A stretch of DNA of 64,000 nucleotides, taken from the IMG/VR virus record IMGVR_UViG_3300042898_006156, positions 32,001 to 96,000 of that record. The stretch is one strand, 5' to 3'. The notes under the pieces were generated by a model. The model had not been told where the DNA came from. It made no database searches and saw nothing but the letters and a program-made list of their open reading frames with translations. The translations under genes and the position numbers were made by a program. This DNA is from a virus. This document shows positions 1 through 8,553 of this stretch, one piece after another (positions within the stretch are counted from its first letter, which is position 1; every line of letters begins with the position of its first letter).

Positions 1-1184
1 TAGATGATCTTGACACATCTGCTTCAACTGTCTTTTTGATGGGTTCTCACTTTATGGACACTATTTATGATGGTGGAACTTTAGGTCAGTCTTCTACACC
101 TTCTCACGTTAGTAATGGTGTAATGTTGATGAGCCCAAAGAAAACTGCAAATATAGCTGGAGACAAAGTTCTTCACTTAACATTTGAAGTTGACCCGCAC
201 TTTTCAGGAAGAAGATGGTGTGACATCCTTTTATTACCTGCGGGAGAAGTTGTATATTCCGGAAAAGCAGCAGACAAAATTGAACAGAATACAAAATCTG
301 GCAAATTATTTAGATGGGCAATTAATGCTGGTGGACACACTATGAATGTGGACACTGGATATAATCTTGATGGTTCTAGAAAATCTTATAATATTCCAGT
401 AAAGTATTCGGGCAGAGACCATATGCCTTGGAATTTACCGGCACCTTATAGAAAAGTAAATGATCTTACTGAATATAAAGTTGGAACATTCAAAGTTAAT
501 TCTATAACTGAAACATCTAGCGAAGTAGATATTAAGTGGACTGCTAATTTCAATGATAATGGTAAGTTTCCAGCCTTTACTATGAATACTGGAGCTAGAC
601 CAAAATCTGGATGGATTAGATTTTCTGACTTTGGTGGCGCAGATGAATATGTACTTACTTCTGAAACATTAAAAGTTTTAGATAATATTAATTTTGATCC
701 CGACTATTGGTGGATTAGTCAAGATTCAAAAAATAAATTAACAAAGCTAATGGATGCTTATTGTACTTCTCGTTCTGGTGCAATAATCTATAAGGCTACA
801 AAAAATCCAACTACAGGATTATTTGAGGGTGATATTTTCTTCAGACCTAGTGTTGAAAGACAAAAAGAGCCATTGAATAGAACTTGGCAAGGATTGGATA
901 GAAGAGCACAGTTTGATTTATATATATCTAAAAATAGAGTGGTGGCAATTGAAGATGGTTATTTAGTAGCTGATTCTCCGTTACCAGTTGATTTCCCATT
1001 TGAAGATATAAATGTCAATTTTACTCACTTGATTTATCATACTTGGAATGAAATTGGTGAAATCAGAACTTGGTTGCCAGACAATGCATACTGGATAAAC
1101 TTCAGACCTTTTGCTGATGAAAGGCATTGGGACAATATGGGATTTGAAGTACTTACAAGTTTTCCTAATGTAAAATTATTGTAG
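1..1184 (+). CDS. 5'-truncated hypothetical beta-rich protein (possible virion/carbohydrate-interacting protein)
   Basis: Frame is open from position 3, upstream of the ORF-track start at 36; Trp/aromatic-rich, ends ...RHWDNMGFEVL; followed by a terminator. Confidence 0.6.
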   Translation, partial: DDLDTSASTVFLMGSHFMDTIYDGGTLGQSSTPSHVSNGVMLMSPKKTANIAGDKVLHLTFEVDPHFSGRRWCDILLLPAGEVVYSGKAADKIEQNTKSGKLFRWAINAGGHTMNVDTGYNLDGSRKSYNIPVKYSGRDHMPWNLPAPYRKVNDLTEYKVGTFKVNSITETSSEVDIKWTANFNDNGKFPAFTMNTGARPKSGWIRFSDFGGADEYVLTSETLKVLDNINFDPDYWWISQDSKNKLTKLMDAYCTSRSGAIIYKATKNPTTGLFEGDIFFRPSVERQKEPLNRTWQGLDRRAQFDLYISKNRVVAIEDGYLVADSPLPVDFPFEDINVNFTHLIYHTWNEIGEIRTWLPDNAYWINFRPFADERHWDNMGFEVLTSFPNVKLL

Positions 1185-1199
1185 TTATCAATCTTTTTG

Positions 1200-1238
1200 A
1201 AAATGAACTTGTAAGGATTACTTACAAGTTCATTTTTT
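1200..1238. terminator. Bidirectional intrinsic terminator
   Basis: aaaatgaacttgtaag-gatta-cttacaagttcatttt inverted repeat between convergent genes. Confidence 0.85.
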
Positions 1239-1244
1239 GTTTAA

Positions 1245-3590
1245 TTAGACAGGTTTAATATATTCAATAAACTTAGCTAAATAAGCAGACAATTTTGCTA
1301 CAGTTGGTGCTTTGAGCATAATTCTATAGTCATTCAAAGCCTTATTATATAATTCAGCTCTAAACTTAGCTATTTCTTTGCCTGACAACGCTGACACTTC
1401 ACTCACATCTGTATATTTAGCATCAATTTCAGCAATATCAACAAGCTCTAAATTACCTACCGCAGATTCGAAAAATTGTTTCGTTTCTTGATCTTGAAGA
1501 GCGTCATAGCTATCCAAAGAAGTTTTAACATACAATTTAAAATCTTCATTTAAGGAGGTAAATCCTTCAACAAGCTTAACGCTCAGTAAATCATCAACTT
1601 CTAATTTTGTATAGGTGTCAACGAGTTTTGGAACAGGTTGTGGTGCAGGGGCTGGTTGAGGTTGAGGCGTTGGTTGTGGAGTTGGTTGAACGACATTACC
1701 ATCACCAATAAAATTACCACTGTCCCAAGTTTGTAAATCCTTTGCTTGCATTTGGCCTGTAGCGGTTAATTTAACATTTGCTAGATTACCATCTTCAACC
1801 ATTGGACAAGCATCTTCTCCCATTCTTGTCCAGGCCCAAGAGGCAAATGCTATAAGGTTTGGATATAATTTTGAAAGCTTTTGCATTTCTATGTTAATGG
1901 ATTTTTGCCATTCAACATCTCCACATCCATATTCTTCAACAATTACTGCTACGCCCTTATCCAAAAGAGGCTTAAGATTTGGAATTACATCAGCAGCATT
2001 GTTGTATGCATGATAAGCATATGCATCAACTAAAACAGGATCAATTAAGTCATTTGCTTCTGGTGTTGTATTTTCTTTTGACCACTTTGAAGTTGGACAG
2101 ATAATAAATGCATCTACATCAATAGATCTATAGATTGCTGAAGCTTTTTCAAGAATAGGCTTACACAAACTCCAGTCACCAATATCGTTAGGCTCATTTG
2201 TAATACTGACCCAGACTGGCATTCCCTTCCAATTGTTTGCCATAAGTTCAACAAGTTTATAGAAAGCTTCAGACTTTTCATACAAATCGTTGCCTGTTGG
2301 AATATGTTGAGGTCCTGCAATTACATGGCATCCAGCAGTAAGCATTTTACCAATAGTGTCTTGGATTCTATTTCTATAAATGTGATCAGAAATATATTTA
2401 TCTGGATTGAACAAAAGTCTTAAGAACTTATGTCCAAGATACTTCAATGAACCAAAATATCCAATTCTATTATAATCAGGTGATTCTGACCATAAATATT
2501 GGTTGCCATAATTGCCACCTCTAATAGCTGTAATTGCACTAGCTCCAGTTGTGCCTTCATAAATATTGTATGGCGTACCATCAAGCTTTACTAACTTTCC
2601 ATCAACAACTCTAAGTCTTGGTGGCAATTTAGATTCTGGGCATTTAGTGACCCAGGAGTCTCCGCCAACTTGAACGTTGATACCTGGCCAAATCCAGTTT
2701 TGCAGTTTCCAGTTATAATCAAATAATCCAAACTGTAGATTATGAATACCACCTTCTTTTGGATAATCAAAGACTATTTCGCCTTCTGAATACCAATATG
2801 GGTCAGGTCCATCAGCTACCTTTGTTGCACCATCTGGAAGAACATTTGCTCCATCTCTTCTAGCATATGCAATCCAAGGTTGTTGAAACATTGAAGCACC
2901 TTTAGCTAATAAGAACCAACCACCCCAAGTAGTAAATGTCTTAGCTGGCATCTTGATAATATATGGAATGTGTAATTTACCATCAGGAGCCGGATCTTGA
3001 ATTTTATTAGATAAAATTTCTACAAATGGAGTCTTGACTCTCTTTTGCTTAGTAGTAATCTCAAATGAAACATTTTCAGCCATTTGATCTGCAAGCACTG
3101 CCCAATGGTAAGTAAAGAAAATAAATCTAAAACTGTCATATTTTCCAACATCAAATGTGCTTATATCAAAGTTGAAAGTTTGAGTTTCTCCAGAGAATAA
3201 ACTAAATTTGAAATATTTTTTAGCTGCATCATCATTAGGAACCCAGTTAATCCATTGTTCAGTAGTTTGTCCAGTTGTTGGATTTGTGTAAGTTCTTCTC
3301 ATCCAAACTTGGCATAAATCTGCATCAATTGGAGCTGATGGATTTGTAGTTCTGATCTTTAAATTTACATCTCCAAGATCTACAGTTGGAATCAATTCAA
3401 GTTTTTCAAAAAATGATGCAAATGAAGATACTTGAAAATCTTCGAATTTGCTCTTATTTACTTTGTCAATTAGGTTGAAATCTTGTTGCAATTCTTGTGT
3501 TGGCTTGAAAAAAATTTCACCAATTTCTCTGCCTTTGTCTTTTACCTGGTCAAAATCAGTAGGTAGTTTCTTGTTAAAAAAATTAAACAT
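1245..3590 (-). CDS. Glycoside hydrolase family 5 (clan GH-A) domain protein with N-terminal beta domains and a Pro/Gln linker
   Basis: LRLLF strand, ITNEP acid/base, AYHAY, VIVEEYG nucleophile, ASWAW; PQPTPQPQP linker; AGGAG Shine-Dalgarno before ATG 3590. Confidence 0.75.
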   Translation of the reverse strand: MFNFFNKKLPTDFDQVKDKGREIGEIFFKPTQELQQDFNLIDKVNKSKFEDFQVSSFASFFEKLELIPTVDLGDVNLKIRTTNPSAPIDADLCQVWMRRTYTNPTTGQTTEQWINWVPNDDAAKKYFKFSLFSGETQTFNFDISTFDVGKYDSFRFIFFTYHWAVLADQMAENVSFEITTKQKRVKTPFVEILSNKIQDPAPDGKLHIPYIIKMPAKTFTTWGGWFLLAKGASMFQQPWIAYARRDGANVLPDGATKVADGPDPYWYSEGEIVFDYPKEGGIHNLQFGLFDYNWKLQNWIWPGINVQVGGDSWVTKCPESKLPPRLRVVDGKLVKLDGTPYNIYEGTTGASAITAIRGGNYGNQYLWSESPDYNRIGYFGSLKYLGHKFLRLLFNPDKYISDHIYRNRIQDTIGKMLTAGCHVIAGPQHIPTGNDLYEKSEAFYKLVELMANNWKGMPVWVSITNEPNDIGDWSLCKPILEKASAIYRSIDVDAFIICPTSKWSKENTTPEANDLIDPVLVDAYAYHAYNNAADVIPNLKPLLDKGVAVIVEEYGCGDVEWQKSINIEMQKLSKLYPNLIAFASWAWTRMGEDACPMVEDGNLANVKLTATGQMQAKDLQTWDSGNFIGDGNVVQPTPQPTPQPQPAPAPQPVPKLVDTYTKLEVDDLLSVKLVEGFTSLNEDFKLYVKTSLDSYDALQDQETKQFFESAVGNLELVDIAEIDAKYTDVSEVSALSGKEIAKFRAELYNKALNDYRIMLKAPTVAKLSAYLAKFIEYIKPV

Positions 3591-3675
3591 ATACACTCCT
3601 TTAAGCCGTAAAGCTATGTGTTATATTATTGTTGTAAATGTTTTTCAATTTAATTATTTATGGTATGATATTAAA

Positions 3676-3921
3676 ATGGAAACAACTATAATCAATTGTG
3701 ACTGTATGTGTCATTCTTTACATGTACGTCCGGATGTAGAATTAAAAACTGTAGATATTTCACTTTGGAATTATGGTTTTAATGATGGTAAGTTGAATTG
3801 GAAAAAAAGATTGAAAATTCTTTTTGATGGTTTTGCTTACTCTGATTTAGTTGTTTTAGATAAAGAAGAACTTGATAAATTAATTGCTGTATTGGAGGAA
3901 GCTCGTGGAAAACTTACCTAA
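3676..3921 (+). CDS. Hypothetical phage protein (CDCMCH motif)
   Basis: ATG 3676 lies 6 nt after TGgTATGAT; the longer ORF-track start overlaps the divergent gene. Confidence 0.65.
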   Translation: METTIINCDCMCHSLHVRPDVELKTVDISLWNYGFNDGKLNWKKRLKILFDGFAYSDLVVLDKEELDKLIAVLEEARGKLT

Positions 3922-4756
3922 AAATCAAAAAGAGTATTATCATAACAAAGTTCGTGAGTTTGAGAAGCGCACAGGAAAAAGTATGAACGTCAAAGGTGTA
4001 AGTAAAATTTACGATTACAATATTGAGAATTGTGAATATAATACTCCAGCCGCTATGGATATGATGCAAAAACATGGATGCTATATTTATCACGGTTTAT
4101 TAGCAGAAGAAGATCCTCGTTCTAATGGTACAAACTGGCAAATGTATGGTTTTGCTCATGTAAATGGTAAGACATACAAATATTATTATGAAACGAAACA
4201 GTGGGGTGCAGAAGTTAAAGATTTTACACATCACCAAAATAAAGACAAAACTTGGAAAGCAGCAAAGTTAGATAAGACTAATTTCCCATATACTTTAGAT
4301 CCAGGTGAAGATTATTTACCTTATGCAATTGAGAACAAGCATATTGGTTCTAATTTTGATGATTTCTTGAAGACAAATAATATTGAACTTAAGAGAGATA
4401 TAAACTGGGCTGTAAAAATGCTCAATGCTGGAAAGATGATGTCTAGAGAAGGTAATCCTAGTCTTACTCTATTTCCAAAAAAATATGACCACGCTGAATC
4501 TACAATAACAACCGCAGACCTTTTTGCTGAGGATTGGGTGGTTGTTCCTACTAAATTATTCAAAGATGTTTTGGATGATTTAAATTCTGGAAAAACAATC
4601 AGACGTAAAAGCTGGCATCCTGATTGGGGTGTTGGTAAATATTCTAGATATGGTAAAATTATTTATCTAGATTTAATTGCTGATGATTGGGAAGTTGTTG
4701 ATGTCGTAGCTGAAGTGGATAAAAATCAACAGGATATCAAAGATGGAAAATATTAA
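3905..4756 (+). CDS. Protein with two C-terminal Tad2/DUF2829-like repeats
   Basis: WAVKMLNAGKMMSR...ADLFAEDWVVV and FKDVLDDLNSGKTIRRKSW...DLIADDWEVV; GGAGG before GTG 3905. Confidence 0.65.
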   Translation: MENLPKNQKEYYHNKVREFEKRTGKSMNVKGVSKIYDYNIENCEYNTPAAMDMMQKHGCYIYHGLLAEEDPRSNGTNWQMYGFAHVNGKTYKYYYETKQWGAEVKDFTHHQNKDKTWKAAKLDKTNFPYTLDPGEDYLPYAIENKHIGSNFDDFLKTNNIELKRDINWAVKMLNAGKMMSREGNPSLTLFPKKYDHAESTITTADLFAEDWVVVPTKLFKDVLDDLNSGKTIRRKSWHPDWGVGKYSRYGKIIYLDLIADDWEVVDVVAEVDKNQQDIKDGKY

Positions 4757-4943
4757 GATTGTAATTCTTTCCATTGTTTTCTTATTTGCTCTTATGAGTT
4801 GGGTTTACTTTCTCGTAGGAGCTTACAAGACAGTGATTGTTAGAGATCGATCTTTTTTACAATTTACTTCCTCTCTTCTTATTATTAGTGGAATGTTAAG
4901 TACTTTGTTTTTCTTATTATTGCGAGTGTTAAATGGAAGCTGA
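4743..4943 (+). CDS. Small membrane protein (2 TM)
   Basis: Two hydrophobic stretches; overlaps both neighbours as in an operon. Confidence 0.65.
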   Translation: MENIKIVILSIVFLFALMSWVYFLVGAYKTVIVRDRSFLQFTSSLLIISGMLSTLFFLLLRVLNGS

Positions 4944-5202
4944 TCCAAAGATATTAAGTGAACAATATATAAGAGGGCGTATTTATAGTTTTGTTAAATT
5001 CAGGAAATATTTACAAGAAATTGCCTATATTTTTTGTGAAGAATTTCAATACGACAAAGATGATATTATCGAAGTAAGTCTTTCTGATGATGGTAAGACA
5101 GTTTGGATTCATTTTGATTCTGGTACTATTGGTTTTGCATCTGAGTTGTTGTGGGATCAACATATAAGAGAAACTTTCAAGAAAAACTTTGAGGTTGATT
5201 GA
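4933..5202 (+). CDS. Hypothetical protein
   Basis: Translationally coupled ORF. Confidence 0.65.
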   Translation: MEADPKILSEQYIRGRIYSFVKFRKYLQEIAYIFCEEFQYDKDDIIEVSLSDDGKTVWIHFDSGTIGFASELLWDQHIRETFKKNFEVD

Positions 5203-5417
5203 TGCTACCTGTACCAACACAAGTTATTGAAATTTTGAGTTCTGGTCATATTTTATGTATTAAAGATGAGAAGAATACCACATATTGGAGATTTCAGGAT
5301 AACAAGCTTCAGAATAAAGTTAAGCATAAATCTGGTGAGACTGACTGGATGGATATAAAATTTCTCATATTACCTATGGAAGCAAAATACACTTTCAAGA
5401 AAGTTGCTGAAGAATGA
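5202..5417 (+). CDS. Hypothetical protein, paralog of 6745..6975
   Basis: Shared L-x-x-G...YWR...L...DW...L(I/V)LP pattern. Confidence 0.6.
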   Translation: MLPVPTQVIEILSSGHILCIKDEKNTTYWRFQDNKLQNKVKHKSGETDWMDIKFLILPMEAKYTFKKVAEE

Positions 5418-5683
5418 CAGGCAAAGAAGCAATAAAATATCTACACGCTGGCTACACTCTTAGGCGAAAAGAATGGGAACCTCATAAAAAATGTAAGGCT
5501 TATTTTAGTGATGATATGTGGACTGTTAAGATTGATATCAATGATCCAATTTTAGGAGCTTTAGACACTCATTTAGTTCCACAATGGGTTCCTGAAAAGC
5601 CTGAGTTTTCCAATTATATATGCTACTATGATATTATTGATAGTGGCGATTTATTAGAAGATGACTGGGAAATAGTGGAATGA
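5414..5683 (+). CDS. Tad2/DUF2829-like protein
   Basis: MTGKEAIKYLHAGYTLRRKEW...DLLEDDWEIVE matches the family termini. Confidence 0.7.
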   Translation: MTGKEAIKYLHAGYTLRRKEWEPHKKCKAYFSDDMWTVKIDINDPILGALDTHLVPQWVPEKPEFSNYICYYDIIDSGDLLEDDWEIVE

Positions 5684-5961
5684 AATTATCTGAAGTATTA
5701 GATGCTTTAATGGAAGGCAAACCAATCACAAGAGCTGCCTGGGAACAAAAATATATGTATTACGACAAAGATGACAATTGTTTTGTGTATGTATATCGTG
5801 ACAATTATTTTGTGTCTGTATATAATCTAGATGAACCAGATGAAATTGGAAGTAAATATGAATTGGCATCAATGGGTCTTGATTTAGAACCTGGTGATGT
5901 TATTGCTGATGATTGGGACATTGATTATTGGGATACAGAAGATAGCAAGGAAGAAGTCTGA
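5680..5961 (+). CDS. Tad2/DUF2829-like protein
   Basis: MKLSEVLDALMEGKPITRAAW...DVIADDWDI. Confidence 0.7.
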   Translation: MKLSEVLDALMEGKPITRAAWEQKYMYYDKDDNCFVYVYRDNYFVSVYNLDEPDEIGSKYELASMGLDLEPGDVIADDWDIDYWDTEDSKEEV

Positions 5962-6173
5962 TGGCTAAATACAGATTGAATTTATCTTTTGATATTGATA
6001 TAACTGCTGATGAAGATTCAGAAGTGGCAGAAGAAGAAATGGTCAAGATGCTTCAAAAGCTTTATTACAATGACAGAAAAGAATTTTTGGATTCATTAAG
6101 ATATTGTTTTGAAGAAGAGAAAGTGGCTTATCATGTAACAATAGAGCCACAGAAAATATCTAGTGACGATTAA
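5961..6173 (+). CDS. Hypothetical protein
   Basis: TGATG coupling with the upstream gene. Confidence 0.6.
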   Translation: MAKYRLNLSFDIDITADEDSEVAEEEMVKMLQKLYYNDRKEFLDSLRYCFEEEKVAYHVTIEPQKISSDD

Positions 6174-6174
6174 T

Positions 6175-6327
6175 ATGGAAGATTTTCTTAACACAGCTGC
6201 TATGCTTTTGATTCCTTTCGGGCCTTTTATTTTAGTTATTTTAGTTGCAATACCCGGAGTAATTTTAGCCTTGCTAGTTAAGATTATAAGCAAGCTCATC
6301 AAAATGACCAAAAAGGAAAATAAATAA
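6175..6327 (+). CDS. Small membrane protein (50 aa, not in the ORF track)
   Basis: Translated by hand: MEDFLNTAAMLLIPFGPFILVILVAIPGVILALLVKIISKLIKMTKKENK*; fills the gap between two genes exactly. Confidence 0.65.
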   Translation: MEDFLNTAAMLLIPFGPFILVILVAIPGVILALLVKIISKLIKMTKKENK

Positions 6328-6329
6328 TT

Positions 6330-6737
6330 ATGGAAAAAATTATAATTCAAACTATAGATTGTGGTAGACACGATTATTGGAAAGTTGATCTCGAACTTAT
6401 TAGTGATTTAAATATCATTGACATTATCAGTGATTGTTCTTATCTTGGCACCAGTAGAGATCCTTTAAATGAAGAAGGCTATGCTTATCTTGAAATTGAT
6501 AGTGATTGTCGATATTTTGATAAAGCAATGAAATTCTACAAGAAAGAATATCAATTGGACTTTGACACTCTTCAAGATGCTTACAACGAAAAATATGAAG
6601 ATTATCGAGAATGGCTTGAAGAATTGGAACCTTGGAACACAGATACTCTTGAAGATAAGGGTTTTATGTGGGATACTATTCCAGGAGATTTGGCTGTAGC
6701 GTTAGATGATTCTGATGACGAAGAAGATGAGGATTAG
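6330..6737 (+). CDS. Conserved hypothetical phage protein
   Basis: D.G.H.W.V...IS..SY...YLE.D.D pattern; acidic tail. Confidence 0.65.
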   Translation: MEKIIIQTIDCGRHDYWKVDLELISDLNIIDIISDCSYLGTSRDPLNEEGYAYLEIDSDCRYFDKAMKFYKKEYQLDFDTLQDAYNEKYEDYREWLEELEPWNTDTLEDKGFMWDTIPGDLAVALDDSDDEEDED

Positions 6738-6744
6738 GACGATT

Positions 6745-6975
6745 ATGTTAAATATTAATTTTGATTTATTTTATGAGTTGAAACAAGGTTCTGTAGTTTC
6801 AAATACAAACGAGAATGTTGTGAAATATTGGCGAGTTGTTAATGGAAATTTGGAAGTAAAAACAATTGTTGCTAATGAATTAGAAAATGATTGGCAAGTT
6901 TCTGATTTGCTTGTTTTACCTGTCGATGGAAAGTTTGATATTGAAAATCGGTTCAAAAGATTCAATAATGGATGA
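6745..6975 (+). CDS. Hypothetical protein, paralog of 5202..5417
   Basis: LKQG...YWRVVNGNL...DWQVSDLLVLP. Confidence 0.6.
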   Translation: MLNINFDLFYELKQGSVVSNTNENVVKYWRVVNGNLEVKTIVANELENDWQVSDLLVLPVDGKFDIENRFKRFNNG

Positions 6976-7207
6976 AGATAAGAAAAATCGATTAGAAAAT
7001 GCTGGATTCAAGGTCGGATCAATAGAAGAATTTCTTAATCTTACACTAGAAGAAAAAGCAAAAATCGATAATATTATCATAAGAAACGGTAAACCAATTG
7101 GAATTTGTGAATGCCTGGGAAAAGGCAAAAACAAATGTAAAGGTAACGGATGGGTCAGAGATGGATCTGGCTTTCAAAAATGCCCTTATTTCCAAGAATT
7201 CCACTAG
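6968..7207 (+). CDS. Small protein: antitoxin-like N-terminus plus Cys-rich C-terminus
   Basis: MDEDKKNRLENAGFKVGSIEEFLNLT resembles the N-terminus of XRE-family antitoxins; CEC...C...C tail. Confidence 0.55.
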   Translation: MDEDKKNRLENAGFKVGSIEEFLNLTLEEKAKIDNIIIRNGKPIGICECLGKGKNKCKGNGWVRDGSGFQKCPYFQEFH

Positions 7208-7210
7208 ATA

Positions 7211-7240
7211 AAAAAGAAGGCCTTACAGCCTTCTTTTTTA
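7211..7240 (+). terminator. Intrinsic terminator
   Basis: aaaaagaaggc-cttaca-gccttcttttt. Confidence 0.8.
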
Positions 7241-7256
7241 TGATATAATAACTATT
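7241..7256 (+). promoter_or_regulatory. Extended -10 promoter, leaderless transcript
   Basis: TGaTATAAT 7 nt before ATG 7257; no SD. Confidence 0.65.
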
Positions 7257-7457
7257 ATGGAAGATAAAATTGACAACAATAAAGCTGCAGGTCTTGTTTG
7301 GTATGTTATTGGATTGATTGCTTTAACTCACGTTTGGCGAACTACTGGAACATTACCATCAGATTTTCTTTTAGGAGCTCTTTCTGTATGGTGCTTGCGA
7401 AATGGAATGGTCTATTATGATATAGTCAAAGAAGAAGAAAATGAGCGACGAAAATGA
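7257..7457 (+). CDS. Small membrane protein
   Basis: Two hydrophobic segments. Confidence 0.65.
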   Translation: MEDKIDNNKAAGLVWYVIGLIALTHVWRTTGTLPSDFLLGALSVWCLRNGMVYYDIVKEEENERRK

Positions 7458-7900
7458 GCCAAAAAGAATCAAAATCGACCCAGAAGAAATCAAAAGACTA
7501 CTTGCAATTATCTATAAAGCCAGAGGGATTAAATAATATTTCCTTTAGTGTAGCTGATGAAATTTATGAAAAAGATCTAGTGAAAAAAGAGCAGTATCGT
7601 CAGCAAAGATTCGAAAGAGGATTTGATGATACTGAAACTTGGCATATGGATCGCACTATGGCATTATTTGTAATTCCTAGATTGAAAAGATTTATTGAAG
7701 TAAATAATGGTATTCCTAATGGTGAAACAATTGAATCTTATGATGAGAAAATAAGATTTATCATTAGTGCTTTTGAAAATTATTATGTTTCAGACCAATA
7801 TTATAATTCAGTAGATATTGAAGAAAGAAAAAAACTCACTGATGATGTTAGGAAAGCAGTGGAAAATCTTTCTAAACTTTGGTTTGAATTGTGGTGGTAG
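7454..7900 (+). CDS. Conserved hypothetical phage protein
   Basis: QRFERGFDDTETWHMD...IPRLKRF...LWW pattern typical of phage hypothetical proteins. Confidence 0.7.
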   Translation: MSQKESKSTQKKSKDYLQLSIKPEGLNNISFSVADEIYEKDLVKKEQYRQQRFERGFDDTETWHMDRTMALFVIPRLKRFIEVNNGIPNGETIESYDEKIRFIISAFENYYVSDQYYNSVDIEERKKLTDDVRKAVENLSKLWFELWW

Positions 7901-7953
7901 GGCTTGTGTTTTGCTTATTATCGTGTTAGAATATTCGCAGGAGAAAGTTAGAT

Positions 7954-8286
7954 ATGAATCGTATTCGTCGTACTGAAACTCATAATGTTTTAGTCAAGAG
8001 AAAGTGGTTTGTCACCAAAAGTATGGCCTGTGCCTTTGTTCTTGAATTGGGATCAAACAAAATAATTAGAGTCAAATTTAATGACACCCATGATGCCGAA
8101 ACCTTAATGTATGACATACCATTGGATTCCAATGTTATTGTTCGTGGTTTTATGGGCGAATTTAATGGAGAGCCAGAATTTACAGTAAATTCTTATGAGA
8201 TTAGAAGCAAAGCTATGAAGACTTTTTATCCATCAGAAGATATTGAGTACGTAGTTGCAAAACCAAAGAAGAAGACATCCAACTAA
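7954..8286 (+). CDS. Stand-alone OB-fold nucleic-acid-binding protein
   Basis: MACAFVLE...IRVKF...NVIVRG...GEPEFTV strand pattern; TGtTAGAAT promoter and AGGAG SD upstream. Confidence 0.55.
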   Translation: MNRIRRTETHNVLVKRKWFVTKSMACAFVLELGSNKIIRVKFNDTHDAETLMYDIPLDSNVIVRGFMGEFNGEPEFTVNSYEIRSKAMKTFYPSEDIEYVVAKPKKKTSN

Positions 8287-8293
8287 ATTTTAT

Positions 8294-8320
8294 GAGCCTT
8301 CTTCGGAAGGCTCTTTTTCT
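8294..8320 (+). terminator. Intrinsic terminator with cUUCGg tetraloop
   Basis: gagccttc-ttcg-gaaggctc-ttttt. Confidence 0.85.
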
Positions 8321-8330
8321 AGGAAAGACT

Positions 8331-8552
8331 ATGACCTTATTTGATGGTTCTGCTGGTGAAACTTATAGGATTGAATCAATTTGCGGAACTGTCAGAACAA
8401 GACTTTCTGAATTAGGTTTCAACCCTGGTTGTGAAATAAAAGTTCTCAACAAACAGCATATGGATATGATGGTTGTAAACTGCAGAGAAAGCCAGATTGC
8501 ATTAAGAAAAGAAGAAGCCCAGTGTATTCATATTACTCCTGTAAAAGAGTAA
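8331..8552 (+). CDS. feoA: FeoA-family SH3-like protein
   Basis: RTRLSELGFNPGCEIKV...QIALRKEEAQCI; start at ATG 8331, after the terminator. Confidence 0.8.
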   Translation: MTLFDGSAGETYRIESICGTVRTRLSELGFNPGCEIKVLNKQHMDMMVVNCRESQIALRKEEAQCIHITPVKE

Positions 8553-8553
8553 T

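Noticed and set aside
8292-8330. ORF-track N-terminal extensions (e.g. 8292, 3448, 6887, 17938, 29017, 48428)
   Set aside because: They run through terminators or neighbouring genes; downstream starts fit the SD/-10 signals and homology boundaries better.
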